The notes beneath the pieces were generated by a model. That model was not told the origin of the DNA. It was given only the letters and a program-made list of their open reading frames with translations, and made no database searches. A stretch of 23,044 nt of DNA, taken from IMG/VR virus record IMGVR_UViG_2778261246_000008, one strand, 5' to 3'. How positions within the stretch are numbered: the stretch's first letter is position 1; each line of letters opens with the position of its first letter. Both the position numbers and the translations under genes were made by a program. Positions 1 through 8,008 of the stretch are shown here, piece after piece. The DNA is from a virus. Taxonomy: Duplodnaviria > Heunggongvirae > Uroviricota > Caudoviricetes.

Positions 1-975
1 TTACCCAGCAATAGGATTAAATCTCACCGCATCCTGCAAGTAATCCGGCGCAAGGTGGGCATAAATCATCGTTGTCTGAATCTTTGCGTGCCCCAGAATT
101 TTCTGGAGCGTCAGAATATTGCCGCCGTTCATCATGAAATGACTGGCGAAGGTGTGGCGCAGCGCATGAACAGCCTGGCCGTCAGGAACATCAGGTGCGA
201 CCGTTTTGATGACATCGCGAACCAATGGATAATCCAGCGTCGGAAACACCAGTTTCCCGCCCCGTTTTTTGATCTTTTCAAACAGGCTTTCAGAAATAGG
301 AACGGTACGGTTTTTGCTGTTCTTCGTTTTTGAAAAAGTGATTCGACAATGAAGAACACGGCGCTGCTCCAGTGCCGCTACCTCGCCCCATCGCGCCCCG
401 GTCGACAGAAGGATTTCGACAGCCAGCCGTTCATCGGGATTTTCAGCCAGTGCATCCAGCAACTGAACACATTCAGACTTACTCAGATATCCCATTTCGC
501 GCTCGTTAACCTTCATTCCTTTAAGGCCTTGAACGGGGTTATCGTTAAGAAAATGGCCGGATGAGATGAGTGCGGTAAACATCGCGCTTAACGCCCCAAT
601 CTCTCGATTTATGGTGCTGGGCTGTATCCCCTGCTCTATCCTGGACACACGTAGCTCGGTGAGCATCGTTGTATTAAGTTTATGCACGCACGGGTCATCC
701 ATTGCCTCACTCAAGCGCAGCAATTTAAGGCGCGTGTTATGCCCTGACTTCATTAGCTGGCCGTGGTATTTCCACCACAAGTCAATAAGCACTGACAGCG
801 GACGGCGATCAATGGAGTTTCCTTTCCACTCATTGTTATGCTGTTGCGCCAGCACCCACCGCTCATATAAAACTGCATCCGATTTCGTTTTAAATTTTTT
901 GCGAATGCGTTTGCCTTTACGCCCCTCAGGACGCATGTCAAGAAGATACCCTCCCGGAATTGATTTTATGCTCAT
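1..975 (-). CDS. int: Phage tyrosine integrase (P2 Int-like site-specific recombinase)
   Basis: The minus-strand ORF 1..1125 ends with a stop at 1-3. Its C-terminal half carries the tyrosine-recombinase signature (ARWGE...HALRHTFASHFMMNGG...LGH...TTMIYAH). I chose the internal start MSIKS (ATG at 975) because it gives a ~324-aa protein and avoids a 100-nt overlap with the upstream repressor gene; the N-terminus from there reads like P2 Int as I recall it. Confidence 0.9.
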   Translation of the reverse strand: MSIKSIPGGYLLDMRPEGRKGKRIRKKFKTKSDAVLYERWVLAQQHNNEWKGNSIDRRPLSVLIDLWWKYHGQLMKSGHNTRLKLLRLSEAMDDPCVHKLNTTMLTELRVSRIEQGIQPSTINREIGALSAMFTALISSGHFLNDNPVQGLKGMKVNEREMGYLSKSECVQLLDALAENPDERLAVEILLSTGARWGEVAALEQRRVLHCRITFSKTKNSKNRTVPISESLFEKIKKRGGKLVFPTLDYPLVRDVIKTVAPDVPDGQAVHALRHTFASHFMMNGGNILTLQKILGHAKIQTTMIYAHLAPDYLQDAVRFNPIAG

Positions 976-1024
976 TCGTGAAGCCCCAGCGTTACAAGAC
1001 CACCATGCCCCCAGCGTTCCATGA

Positions 1025-1336
1025 TTAGCCGGGCTGTGTGCCAGTCTTGCGGGATTTTTGAGAAGACGATGTGTTTTCTGGCCCATCAGGGGAGAGAGAA
1101 GGACTGATCTGCCCAGCAGCCTCATTTGTTTCGTTACTCATCAACCACGTAGTGTATTTTTTAAATTCCGGGTGCATTGTGATTTTCAGTAAAACCTCCG
1201 TTCCCACACCTCGAATACCAGTCTCGTATTGCTTAACCGTACCAACCGCAATACCTATTGAATCCGCGAACTTTGCCTGACTAAGCCCCTCAGATTCTCG
1301 AATTGCTTTTAGCTTCTTTGATATCTCTATTGACAT
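1025..1336 (-). CDS. C: Immunity repressor, HTH (XRE-like), P2 C-type
   Basis: Internal start MSIEISKKLKAIRESEGLSQAKFADSIGIAVGTVKQYETG within ORF 1025..1438 gives a ~103-aa protein with an N-terminal helix-turn-helix. It is transcribed divergently from the early operon and sits immediately upstream of int, as in the P2 C-int arrangement. Confidence 0.75.
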   Translation of the reverse strand: MSIEISKKLKAIRESEGLSQAKFADSIGIAVGTVKQYETGIRGVGTEVLLKITMHPEFKKYTTWLMSNETNEAAGQISPSLSPDGPENTSSSQKSRKTGTQPG

Positions 1337-1431
1337 GGTGTGCACCTGAATACTATATTGGTTATCAGTTGAGTACCACTTGACGCTACAAAGAGCCACA
1401 AATAGCACCAGATTGAATAGGTTATCACACC
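1330..1431. promoter_or_regulatory. Immunity switch region: candidate early rightward promoter (TTGACA 1330-1335, 18-nt spacer, TATATT 1354-1359) and direct-repeat operator candidates
   Basis: A sigma70-like -35/-10 pair is read directly on the + strand and overlaps the repressor start codon. The 8-bp direct repeat GGTTATCA occurs at 1360-1367 and 1420-1427 (extended 10/12 match atNGGTTATCA), flanking the putative early transcription start region. P2-type repressors bind direct repeats. Confidence 0.45.
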
Positions 1432-1710
1432 ATGGCAAAAGTCCTTAACACATACGAACAAGCGGATTTTGAGCGTTTGGCGGCGTTCTACCCATACCGT
1501 AATGAACATGGGCTACCGGTACTTGAAGAAAGCCTAGAGGATTATGCGAAACGCACAAATCAAAGCATTCTCGCTGTAAGAAGGCAGGCTGATAGATCGG
1601 TAATTCCCGTTACTCAAGAAGGAAGAAACACAAAACGCAAAGTAAATCTCTTCGCAATTTTCCTGAAAACCATCAGAAACGCAGAGAAATACGTGCAGAT
1701 GACAAAATAA
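1432..1710 (+). CDS. cox: Cox-like excisionase / early transcriptional regulator
   Basis: First gene of the rightward operon, divergent from the repressor. The segment DYAKRTNQSILAVRRQADRSVIPVTQEGR has the small winged-helix excisionase pattern and resembles the corresponding part of P2 Cox from memory. No obvious Shine-Dalgarno. Confidence 0.6.
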   Translation: MAKVLNTYEQADFERLAAFYPYRNEHGLPVLEESLEDYAKRTNQSILAVRRQADRSVIPVTQEGRNTKRKVNLFAIFLKTIRNAEKYVQMTK

Positions 1711-1724
1711 CGAGGTGTCATTTT

Positions 1725-2063
1725 ATGCTGAAGCAACGCCGTAATTTTTGTACCGGAACAGAACGCCACGCTAACCGTTTCACTACCAGTGCATCACGCA
1801 GCAACATCCGCTACAGCCTGAGTGATACACACGCAACGCCGGATGGCTACCCAGTAAAACAAATCGGCGAGCACGCCTGGCTGATTGAGAAAGCTGGAAT
1901 CGTGATCCACAAATGCCCACGCAATCCGTTTACCGGAAACCGCATTTTTGCACTGAGCTGTGGCGACAATCAGTTCGGGCAGGATTTCACATTATACGAA
2001 GCACTTCGCACGGTTGATCGTCTGCTTCGCGGGCAAAGTTTTATTAAACAGGCTGATTTATAA
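1725..2063 (+). CDS. Hypothetical early protein (Cys/His-containing, possible zinc-binding)
   Basis: ORF with a GAGGTG Shine-Dalgarno 8 nt upstream of the ATG and consistent codon usage, in the early operon between cox and A. No family recognised. Confidence 0.6.
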   Translation: MLKQRRNFCTGTERHANRFTTSASRSNIRYSLSDTHATPDGYPVKQIGEHAWLIEKAGIVIHKCPRNPFTGNRIFALSCGDNQFGQDFTLYEALRTVDRLLRGQSFIKQADL

Positions 2064-2073
2064 CAGGTGCTTT

Positions 2074-2361
2074 ATGACCAAAGACCATGCACAAGGTGTA
2101 TTTATCCGTTTTATTGATTTTCGCGGTGAACTGTTATTACGTGCATCCGCTATTGACGGAGTGACTCCGGCGGGTAAAAACGGAGCCGACGAAGCCACTT
2201 ACGTTTATCTGAACGGCACGCGACTGCTTGTGGAACTTCCGTACCAGACCGTACGAGAAATCATCAGCGAAGCTGAAAAGGCACGCCAGGTTAATGGCGA
2301 TGAACCCTATATCGAAATTATTTGTATGGATTCAGAGGCTGAAATACAGAAAGCAGATTAA
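2074..2361 (+). CDS. Hypothetical early protein
   Basis: Internal ATG at 2074 (MTKDHAQG...) within ORF 1960..2361, preceded by an AGGTG Shine-Dalgarno and starting 11 nt after the upstream stop. Confidence 0.55.
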   Translation: MTKDHAQGVFIRFIDFRGELLLRASAIDGVTPAGKNGADEATYVYLNGTRLLVELPYQTVREIISEAEKARQVNGDEPYIEIICMDSEAEIQKAD

Positions 2362-2372
2362 AGGGCGTTGTG

Positions 2373-2615
2373 ATGGGCAAAGAATATAAAACTCTCATTA
2401 ACAAAGCACTTGAGCGTTTTTATTTTCGCTTAAGTGCATCAGGCGCTCATGCTGAACGTGCGGCCCGTGACTCATTGACCAGAGCAATCCGAAGTCTGTA
2501 TGACGTGGCTTTTTACGCTGATGATCTGGATGCACTTAACGAACTTTCCGAGCTGATCTGTGCCGCAGAATGCGGGGAACATATTGAACCGTATAAGCTG
2601 GGAAATATCGCATGA
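2373..2615 (+). CDS. Hypothetical early protein
   Basis: ORF 2370..2615 with an ATG at 2373; tightly packed with its neighbours in the early operon. Confidence 0.55.
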   Translation: MGKEYKTLINKALERFYFRLSASGAHAERAARDSLTRAIRSLYDVAFYADDLDALNELSELICAAECGEHIEPYKLGNIA

Positions 2616-2725
2616 GTATATTTATTTCATGGCTTGTTCTGATTATTTCGGTGGTCTGCGCCATTGGGATTATGCGAATTATTAATTCAGTAAAAAAGAT
2701 TGAACGCTTTTTCACTGAAGAATAA
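2612..2725 (+). CDS. Small single-pass membrane peptide (37 aa), unannotated in the ORF track
   Basis: ATG at 2612 overlaps the upstream stop as ATGA. Hand translation gives MSIFISWLVLIISVVCAIGIMRIINSVKKIERFFTEE: a ~20-residue hydrophobic helix followed by a charged tail. Confidence 0.4.
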   Translation: MSIFISWLVLIISVVCAIGIMRIINSVKKIERFFTEE

Positions 2726-2811
2726 CCGCGCAAATAAGACCCCAGGTTAAATAAGAAAATGTGAAAACAATCCGCATTCGCGGAGGTATTCGCACACGCC
2801 AAGGAGGCGTA

Positions 2812-3015
2812 ATGGCAATTAAGCATTTTCCTGTCGTTCGTTTCACCTCCAGAGGACGTGAATACGAAGTTGACGAACGCCTGATTACCACAATCGACAA
2901 ACACCGTTCAGAAAAGGATGCACATCACATCTATCTCACTGACGGCACTTACTTCTGCGCCACCAACGTGGTGCAGGTGAATCTTATCAGACAGGTACAG
3001 GAGTCACGCAGATGA
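2812..3015 (+). CDS. Hypothetical early protein
   Basis: ATG at 2812 is preceded by a strong AAGGAGG Shine-Dalgarno (2801-2807). It lies in frame within ORF 2761..3015. Confidence 0.55.
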   Translation: MAIKHFPVVRFTSRGREYEVDERLITTIDKHRSEKDAHHIYLTDGTYFCATNVVQVNLIRQVQESRR

Positions 3016-3257
3016 CCATTCTGGACTACATCGCTGCCAATCCGGGTTGTAGCAGTGGAGAAATCGCCGCAGCACTGAATACACCAACCACAACCATTAA
3101 TGCGGAGCTACGCCGTCTCTGGCGCAGCGATTTAGTCACAAGAAAAGAGCGCAAAACAGGCGGTCGCTTTTCTTATCAGGTAAACCTGATGCCGTTTGGG
3201 TGTAGCAACCCACTAACCCAGATGTTCAACCAGCTACTGAGGGAAATCAGAGCATGA
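3012..3257 (+). CDS. Small winged-helix DNA-binding protein (putative regulator)
   Basis: ATGA overlap with the upstream gene and an AGGAG Shine-Dalgarno. The segment SSGEIAAALNTPTTTINAELRRLWRSDLV resembles a MarR/wHTH recognition helix-wing. Confidence 0.55.
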   Translation: MTILDYIAANPGCSSGEIAAALNTPTTTINAELRRLWRSDLVTRKERKTGGRFSYQVNLMPFGCSNPLTQMFNQLLREIRA

Positions 3258-3382
3258 GCACCTCCAACTGCCGGAAACCACGTCGGGCTTCAGCAGCTCA
3301 TCCGGCAGCAAAACAAACTCCATTAATTCCTGTTCCGGGCCTTTCCTGCACCTTGCGGCGGGAGGCCTTCGCACATCTGTAA
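3254..3382 (+). CDS. Possible small ORF (42 aa, basic/proline-rich)
   Basis: ATG at 3254 overlaps the upstream stop as ATGA, and GAGGGA lies 9 nt upstream. The ORF fills the gap before the next gene. Weak call because it is short and low-complexity. Confidence 0.2.
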   Translation: MSTSNCRKPRRASAAHPAAKQTPLIPVPGLSCTLRREAFAHL

Positions 3383-3398
3383 CAAGAGGATTGCCGCA

Positions 3399-3764
3399 AT
3401 GATTCTCGCCAACGACTTTCTTGAATACCTGCTCAACACAGAGCGTGATCTTGCCGCTCGCGTGCGTGATCGTTATGACATGTACCTGAAATCCCTGCCT
3501 GTACCGCAGCTCGCTGACGGAAAGATTGTTATTGATGGTCGCTACATGATTGACAGCCACGAGGGAAATTACAGGCTTTACCGCATTGAAGGTGGCACCC
3601 CGTCCGTTATTGGCATTTACCAGCGCCCATCCTCTGCAATCGTCGATGTGATTGCCGACAGCATCCGCATCACACATCGCCATGCCGACACAGAAGACAC
3701 CGTGCTGGAAATTCAGCGGCTGGCTACAGTCTGCCGCGACACCCTGAATGGCATGACGAAGTAA
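3399..3764 (+). CDS. Hypothetical early protein
   Basis: ORF with an AAGAGGA Shine-Dalgarno; immediately upstream of gene A. Confidence 0.6.
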   Translation: MILANDFLEYLLNTERDLAARVRDRYDMYLKSLPVPQLADGKIVIDGRYMIDSHEGNYRLYRIEGGTPSVIGIYQRPSSAIVDVIADSIRITHRHADTEDTVLEIQRLATVCRDTLNGMTK

Positions 3765-3770
3765 ATCACT

Positions 3771-6593
3771 ATGACGGCAGAGTACATCAGGGACTGGCAA
3801 CAACCGCGCCACGCAGTGGGGCGTGAAGGAACGGGGATCCCCGCTCCTGAATCCGCGCTTTCCTCCTGGCTGGATGCCTACCGGGTAGAGAACGAGCGCC
3901 GCCAGGAAATGGCTGATGCGGCCTTCTCCGCCACGCCACTGGGCAACCTGATTAATAAAAGCCTGGACGCACAGGAAAAACAGGACAAAACCATCACACT
4001 GGCAGGAGACGCCAGAAAACAGGCACGCGGCGCGGTGGATGAAGCCATGGCCTCGCTGCGCCTGCTGCCGTCCTATCTGCGCGATCCGCTTATTCGCCAC
4101 CTCTCCTTCCTGCGCAAAAAACAGGAAGCCGATCGCCGGAAAGGCAAAAAGAGCTGGCAGGCGGAACGCTATGCACGCGGAACCCTGCGCAAAATATTCG
4201 AACGTCTGGATCGCACTGACGGACACTGGCTGACACCGGGTTATCGCTCCCTTGCCGGACGCGAACGCCTGGACGATTTGCTTTACCTGCCGCAGCTCAA
4301 CAAACACCAGATACAGACGCTGGCCACCATGACGGCGGCGATGTTCAGCAGCACCTTCGAAAAACTCTGCGATGGCTTTGGCGCGACCGATGGCGAACTG
4401 ACCATGGATGTAACGCTGAAGGCGTATCAGATGCTGGCCCGCATGGCGTTACACCTGCACATCATGCCTCCACATTATGACGCACTGACAACAGATAAAG
4501 ACCGGAGGAACGAACCGGACACGGAGCTGCTGCCGGGCGCAATCCTTCGCCTGACCTGTGCGGAATGGTGGAAACGCAAACTGTGGCTGTTACGTTGCGA
4601 GTGGAGAGAAGAACAACTCCGCGCCGCCTGTCTGGTTTCCAGAAAAACATCACCCTATCTGAGCCAGGACGCGTTAAGCGAGTTTCGCGCACAGCGCGAG
4701 AAAACACGCGATTTCCTGAAAAGTTTCATGCTGGAAAACGAAGACGGGTTCACGATTGATCTCGAGACAGTGTATTACGCGGGAGTAAGTAACCCGGTTC
4801 ACCGTAAGGCAGAAATGATGGCCACCATGAAGGGGCTGGAACTTCTGGCCGAAGCCCGTGGCGACAAAGCGGTGTTTCTGACTGTCACCTGCCCGTCAAA
4901 ATACCACGCCACAACAGAGAACGGTCATCCGAATCCCAAATGGAACGGGGCCACCATGCGCGACTCCAGCGATTACCTAGTTAACACGTTTTTTGCAGCG
5001 GTCCGCAAGAAACTGAACCGCGACGGCCTGCGCTGGTATGGCATCCGCACGGTGGAGCCTCACCATGACGGCACCGTGCACTGGCATATGATGGTCTTTG
5101 CTCATCCGGAAGAAATCGACACCATTGTGTCCCACACCCGCGATATTGCCATTCAGGAAGATCGTCACGAGCTGGGTGATGATATTACCCCACGCTTTAA
5201 GGCGGAGTACGTCGACGGCTCAAAAGGCACGCCAACCAGCTACATCGCCACCTACATCGGAAAGAACCTGGACAGCCGCGCCGTGGATGGCATCGACCCG
5301 AAAACGGGCAAGCCACGCGTTGACCACGAAACAGGTAAATCAATGGCCGAGAGCGTGGAGCGCGCCATCGGCTGGGCGCGCCTTCACCGGGTCCGCCAGT
5401 TCCAGTTCTTTGGCATCCCCTCCCGTCAGGTGTGGCGTGAACTCCGCCGCCTTGCCAGCCAGATGGCACGCAACCCGGAAGGCCCGCAACGGCTGAAGGA
5501 TGACGCAATGGATGCGGTACTCGCTGCCGCTGATGCCGGATGTTTTGCCACCTACATTGAAAAACAGGGTGGCGTACTTGTTCCGCGCAAGGACTACCTG
5601 ATTCGCACAGCCTACGACCTCGCAGATGAGCTGAACGATTACGGCGAACAGAGTGTACAGATTTACGGGATCTGGTCGCCATTCATCGGGGAATCCTCCC
5701 GTGTGTGCACGCATCCGGATAACTGGAAGCTGGTAAGACGTAAACCGGAAGCGGAAGACAGCGCCCGCGAAAATGGTTTTGACCTTCAGGGCGGCCCTGC
5801 CGCCCCTTGGACTCGTGGCAATAACTGTCCCCGTGTACAGGAAACGGACAACAACGGGACAGAACAGCCGGAAGAACGGCCAGCACCGTGGCCGCAGCTC
5901 CCTGATGGCGTTGAAGTGAACGAATGGATGCGCTCACTGAAACGACACGAACGCCGGGCGCTGATGCGTTCGCTTCGTGACAAACAGGCAAAAAACAGCA
6001 GCGATGAAATGCAGAGCTGGACACAGAGCCGCAAACAGCCACGGCCTTTGCCTGATAACCACGAATTACTCGCTAAAGAATGGCGGGAGTCTGCTGAATC
6101 TCTCGGCCTGCATATCGGTGAACAACAGATGCAGCACCTGTTACGGGGCGGCAGTCTGTACGTTGACGGCAGCATCATTGCACCGCAGGGATTTGAAATT
6201 GTACGCAAACCGGATACCCGCCCGGACAGCCGAATCACGCAGCTCTGGCAGCGCCTGAGCCGTAATCATGGCGTAAGCAGCACGGAGATCCGCCATAACC
6301 CGGTCGCCAGCTATCTGGCACAGCTGGGGGCATCAGACCCTGAAGCCGCCGCACGCCTGGCATCCACACTTCAGCAGGACCAGAACACCATGAAAACACC
6401 CGTTACCGTGCTTTCTGACATGCTGCGCGCCATCCGCGACGCAGAGCACGCACAGAGAATCAGTGAAACCACTGAACGCGCCAGCCGCAAAGCAGACCTG
6501 CTGCGGGGTGGCATGACCAGTGGAAACAAAAAACAGACAGAAACGGGATTCACAAATCCCATAAATGAGCAAAAAACGTGCCGCGATATATGA
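3771..6593 (+). CDS. A: Rolling-circle replication initiator / endonuclease, P2 gpA family
   Basis: 940-aa ORF with the HUH metal-binding motif (TVHWHMMVF) and the paired catalytic tyrosines (TSYIATYIGKN) typical of P2 A-type initiators. Position after the early small genes matches P2. Confidence 0.9.
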   Translation: MTAEYIRDWQQPRHAVGREGTGIPAPESALSSWLDAYRVENERRQEMADAAFSATPLGNLINKSLDAQEKQDKTITLAGDARKQARGAVDEAMASLRLLPSYLRDPLIRHLSFLRKKQEADRRKGKKSWQAERYARGTLRKIFERLDRTDGHWLTPGYRSLAGRERLDDLLYLPQLNKHQIQTLATMTAAMFSSTFEKLCDGFGATDGELTMDVTLKAYQMLARMALHLHIMPPHYDALTTDKDRRNEPDTELLPGAILRLTCAEWWKRKLWLLRCEWREEQLRAACLVSRKTSPYLSQDALSEFRAQREKTRDFLKSFMLENEDGFTIDLETVYYAGVSNPVHRKAEMMATMKGLELLAEARGDKAVFLTVTCPSKYHATTENGHPNPKWNGATMRDSSDYLVNTFFAAVRKKLNRDGLRWYGIRTVEPHHDGTVHWHMMVFAHPEEIDTIVSHTRDIAIQEDRHELGDDITPRFKAEYVDGSKGTPTSYIATYIGKNLDSRAVDGIDPKTGKPRVDHETGKSMAESVERAIGWARLHRVRQFQFFGIPSRQVWRELRRLASQMARNPEGPQRLKDDAMDAVLAAADAGCFATYIEKQGGVLVPRKDYLIRTAYDLADELNDYGEQSVQIYGIWSPFIGESSRVCTHPDNWKLVRRKPEAEDSARENGFDLQGGPAAPWTRGNNCPRVQETDNNGTEQPEERPAPWPQLPDGVEVNEWMRSLKRHERRALMRSLRDKQAKNSSDEMQSWTQSRKQPRPLPDNHELLAKEWRESAESLGLHIGEQQMQHLLRGGSLYVDGSIIAPQGFEIVRKPDTRPDSRITQLWQRLSRNHGVSSTEIRHNPVASYLAQLGASDPEAAARLASTLQQDQNTMKTPVTVLSDMLRAIRDAEHAQRISETTERASRKADLLRGGMTSGNKKQTETGFTNPINEQKTCRDI

Positions 6594-6632
6594 AGCGCGC
6601 ACAAAACAGGCAAAAGCGGGATTTAAAAATCC
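6534..6632. repeat. Two copies of a ~27-bp direct repeat, each with a palindromic core (GGGATT-N4-AATCCC and GGATTT-AA-AAATCC)
   Basis: ACAGACAGAAACGGGATTCACAAATCC (6534-6560) and ACAGGCAAAAGCGGGATTTAAAAATCC (6606-6632), about 22/27 identical, spanning the 3' end of A and the A-parM intergenic region. Confidence 0.5.
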
Positions 6633-6669
6633 TGTAAACGATTAATTAATCAACATAAGGAAAAGCGAC

Positions 6670-7629
6670 ATGAAAATTTGTATCGACGACGGCTCCACCA
6701 ACATCAAGCTGGCATGGACTGAGAACGGCGAACGCCGCAACGCCATCAGCCCGAACAGCTTCAAGTCGGAATGGTCTGCGCCGTTCGGTGGCTCGCAGCC
6801 CGCGAACTACATGCTTGATGGCGTGCGCTATGGTTTTGATCCGGTCAGCGATCGCTTTGTCCAGACGACCGACACGCAATACCAGTACAGCGATGTGAAT
6901 GTCATTGCCATTCATCACGCGCTGGTCAAATCAGGCATCACGCCACAGGAGGTGGATGTGGTTGTCACCCTGCCATTGAGCGAGTATTTCGACACAAACG
7001 CACAGCCGGACATGGCCAACATCAGCCGCAAAAAAGCGAACGTTATGCGCCCGGTGGAGTACCAGAACGGCGAAACATTCACTATCCGTAACGTACGGGT
7101 TATGCCTGAATCCATTCCGGCTGGCTTTAAGGCACTGGCTGACATGAGTCCGTTTGAATCCCTGCTGATTGTGGATTTGGGCGGAACCACTCTGGATGTG
7201 GCAAAGGTTCAGGGGCAACTGGCAGGTATCAGCCAGGTGTTTTGCGATCCACACGTAGGCGTTTCTCTGATGGCCGATGCCGTACTGTCGGTGATGGCCA
7301 CTAACGGTATGCGCACCAGTCACCACATCGCCAATACCATTATCGAACATCGCCATAATGAAGCCTGGCTGCGCCAGCACATCCACAATGACGCGCATTA
7401 CGCCAGCCTGATGGCGATTATTCGTGAAAAGGAAGAAACACTGAAACAACGCGTGATCCGCGCGCTGGCGGGTTTTTCGGGTTACGGGCGGGTGATGGTT
7501 GTCGGTGGCGGGGCGGAGATTGTGGCACCCGCTATCCGCGAAGCCTGCGGAGTTAATGCGACTTTCATCGCGGACGGGGTGCCACAGTTTGCTCTGGTTA
7601 ATGGGCTGTACGCAATGGACAAGGAGTAA
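6670..7629 (+). CDS. parM: Actin-like ATPase of the ParM/StbA family
   Basis: The N-terminus MKICIDDGSTNIKL, plus SPNSFK, YSDVNVIAIHHAL, VMPESIPAG, LLIVDLGGTTLD and VVGGGAE, line up with the phosphate-1, connect and adenosine motifs of plasmid R1 ParM as recalled. AAGGA Shine-Dalgarno upstream. Confidence 0.85.
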   Translation: MKICIDDGSTNIKLAWTENGERRNAISPNSFKSEWSAPFGGSQPANYMLDGVRYGFDPVSDRFVQTTDTQYQYSDVNVIAIHHALVKSGITPQEVDVVVTLPLSEYFDTNAQPDMANISRKKANVMRPVEYQNGETFTIRNVRVMPESIPAGFKALADMSPFESLLIVDLGGTTLDVAKVQGQLAGISQVFCDPHVGVSLMADAVLSVMATNGMRTSHHIANTIIEHRHNEAWLRQHIHNDAHYASLMAIIREKEETLKQRVIRALAGFSGYGRVMVVGGGAEIVAPAIREACGVNATFIADGVPQFALVNGLYAMDKE

Positions 7630-7633
7630 ACCA

Positions 7634-7945
7634 ATGACGACACCAACCAGACGGATAAGTTTCTATCTGAAGCCCGCCGCCGTCAAGAACGAAGGTGAAG
7701 CATGCGCCTGGCTGGACAGCCTTACACCAGAAGCGCGCAAAAGCGGCCAACGCGTGGCTTTTCTGGCCGGGCTGGCACTTCTGAAAATGAATCCGGCAGA
7801 GGCTTACCGACTGGCTGCATGGGCTGATGATGAAGCGTTATCAGTGACACAAACCAGGACAGAACGCCCCGCGTCACAGCCAGTATCAACCGCACAGATA
7901 ACCAGTCAGATGGCTGGAAATATCCGGGCGTTATTTCCCGAATAA
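7634..7945 (+). CDS. parR: ParR/StbB-like adaptor, probable ribbon-helix-helix DNA-binding protein
   Basis: Immediately downstream of parM with an AAGGAG Shine-Dalgarno. RISFYLKPAAV...AFLAGLALL...IRALFPE parallels the R1 ParR pattern from memory. Size (103 aa) and position fit the family. Confidence 0.6.
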   Translation: MTTPTRRISFYLKPAAVKNEGEACAWLDSLTPEARKSGQRVAFLAGLALLKMNPAEAYRLAAWADDEALSVTQTRTERPASQPVSTAQITSQMAGNIRALFPE

Positions 7946-8008
7946 CACAACATCAGTGCGCATCCGCCCTGATGACTTTAACCCGGGAACATAAACAAGG
8001 GGGACACA

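Noticed and set aside
976-1125. N-terminal extension of the integrase ORF (start MRLLGR at 1125)
   Set aside because: It would overlap the 3' end of the repressor gene by 100 nt and add 50 residues absent from P2-type integrases; the internal ATG at 975 is more plausible.
3234-4307. 357-aa minus-strand ORF
   Set aside because: Lies entirely antisense to the well-supported A gene, has no ribosome-binding site, and its product is low-complexity (Ala/Arg/Gly-rich), as expected from the reverse frame of a GC-rich gene.
5197-6238. Several overlapping minus-strand ORFs of 119-161 aa
   Set aside because: All lie antisense within gene A in GC-rich sequence; Arg/Cys/Gly-rich translations typical of non-coding frames.
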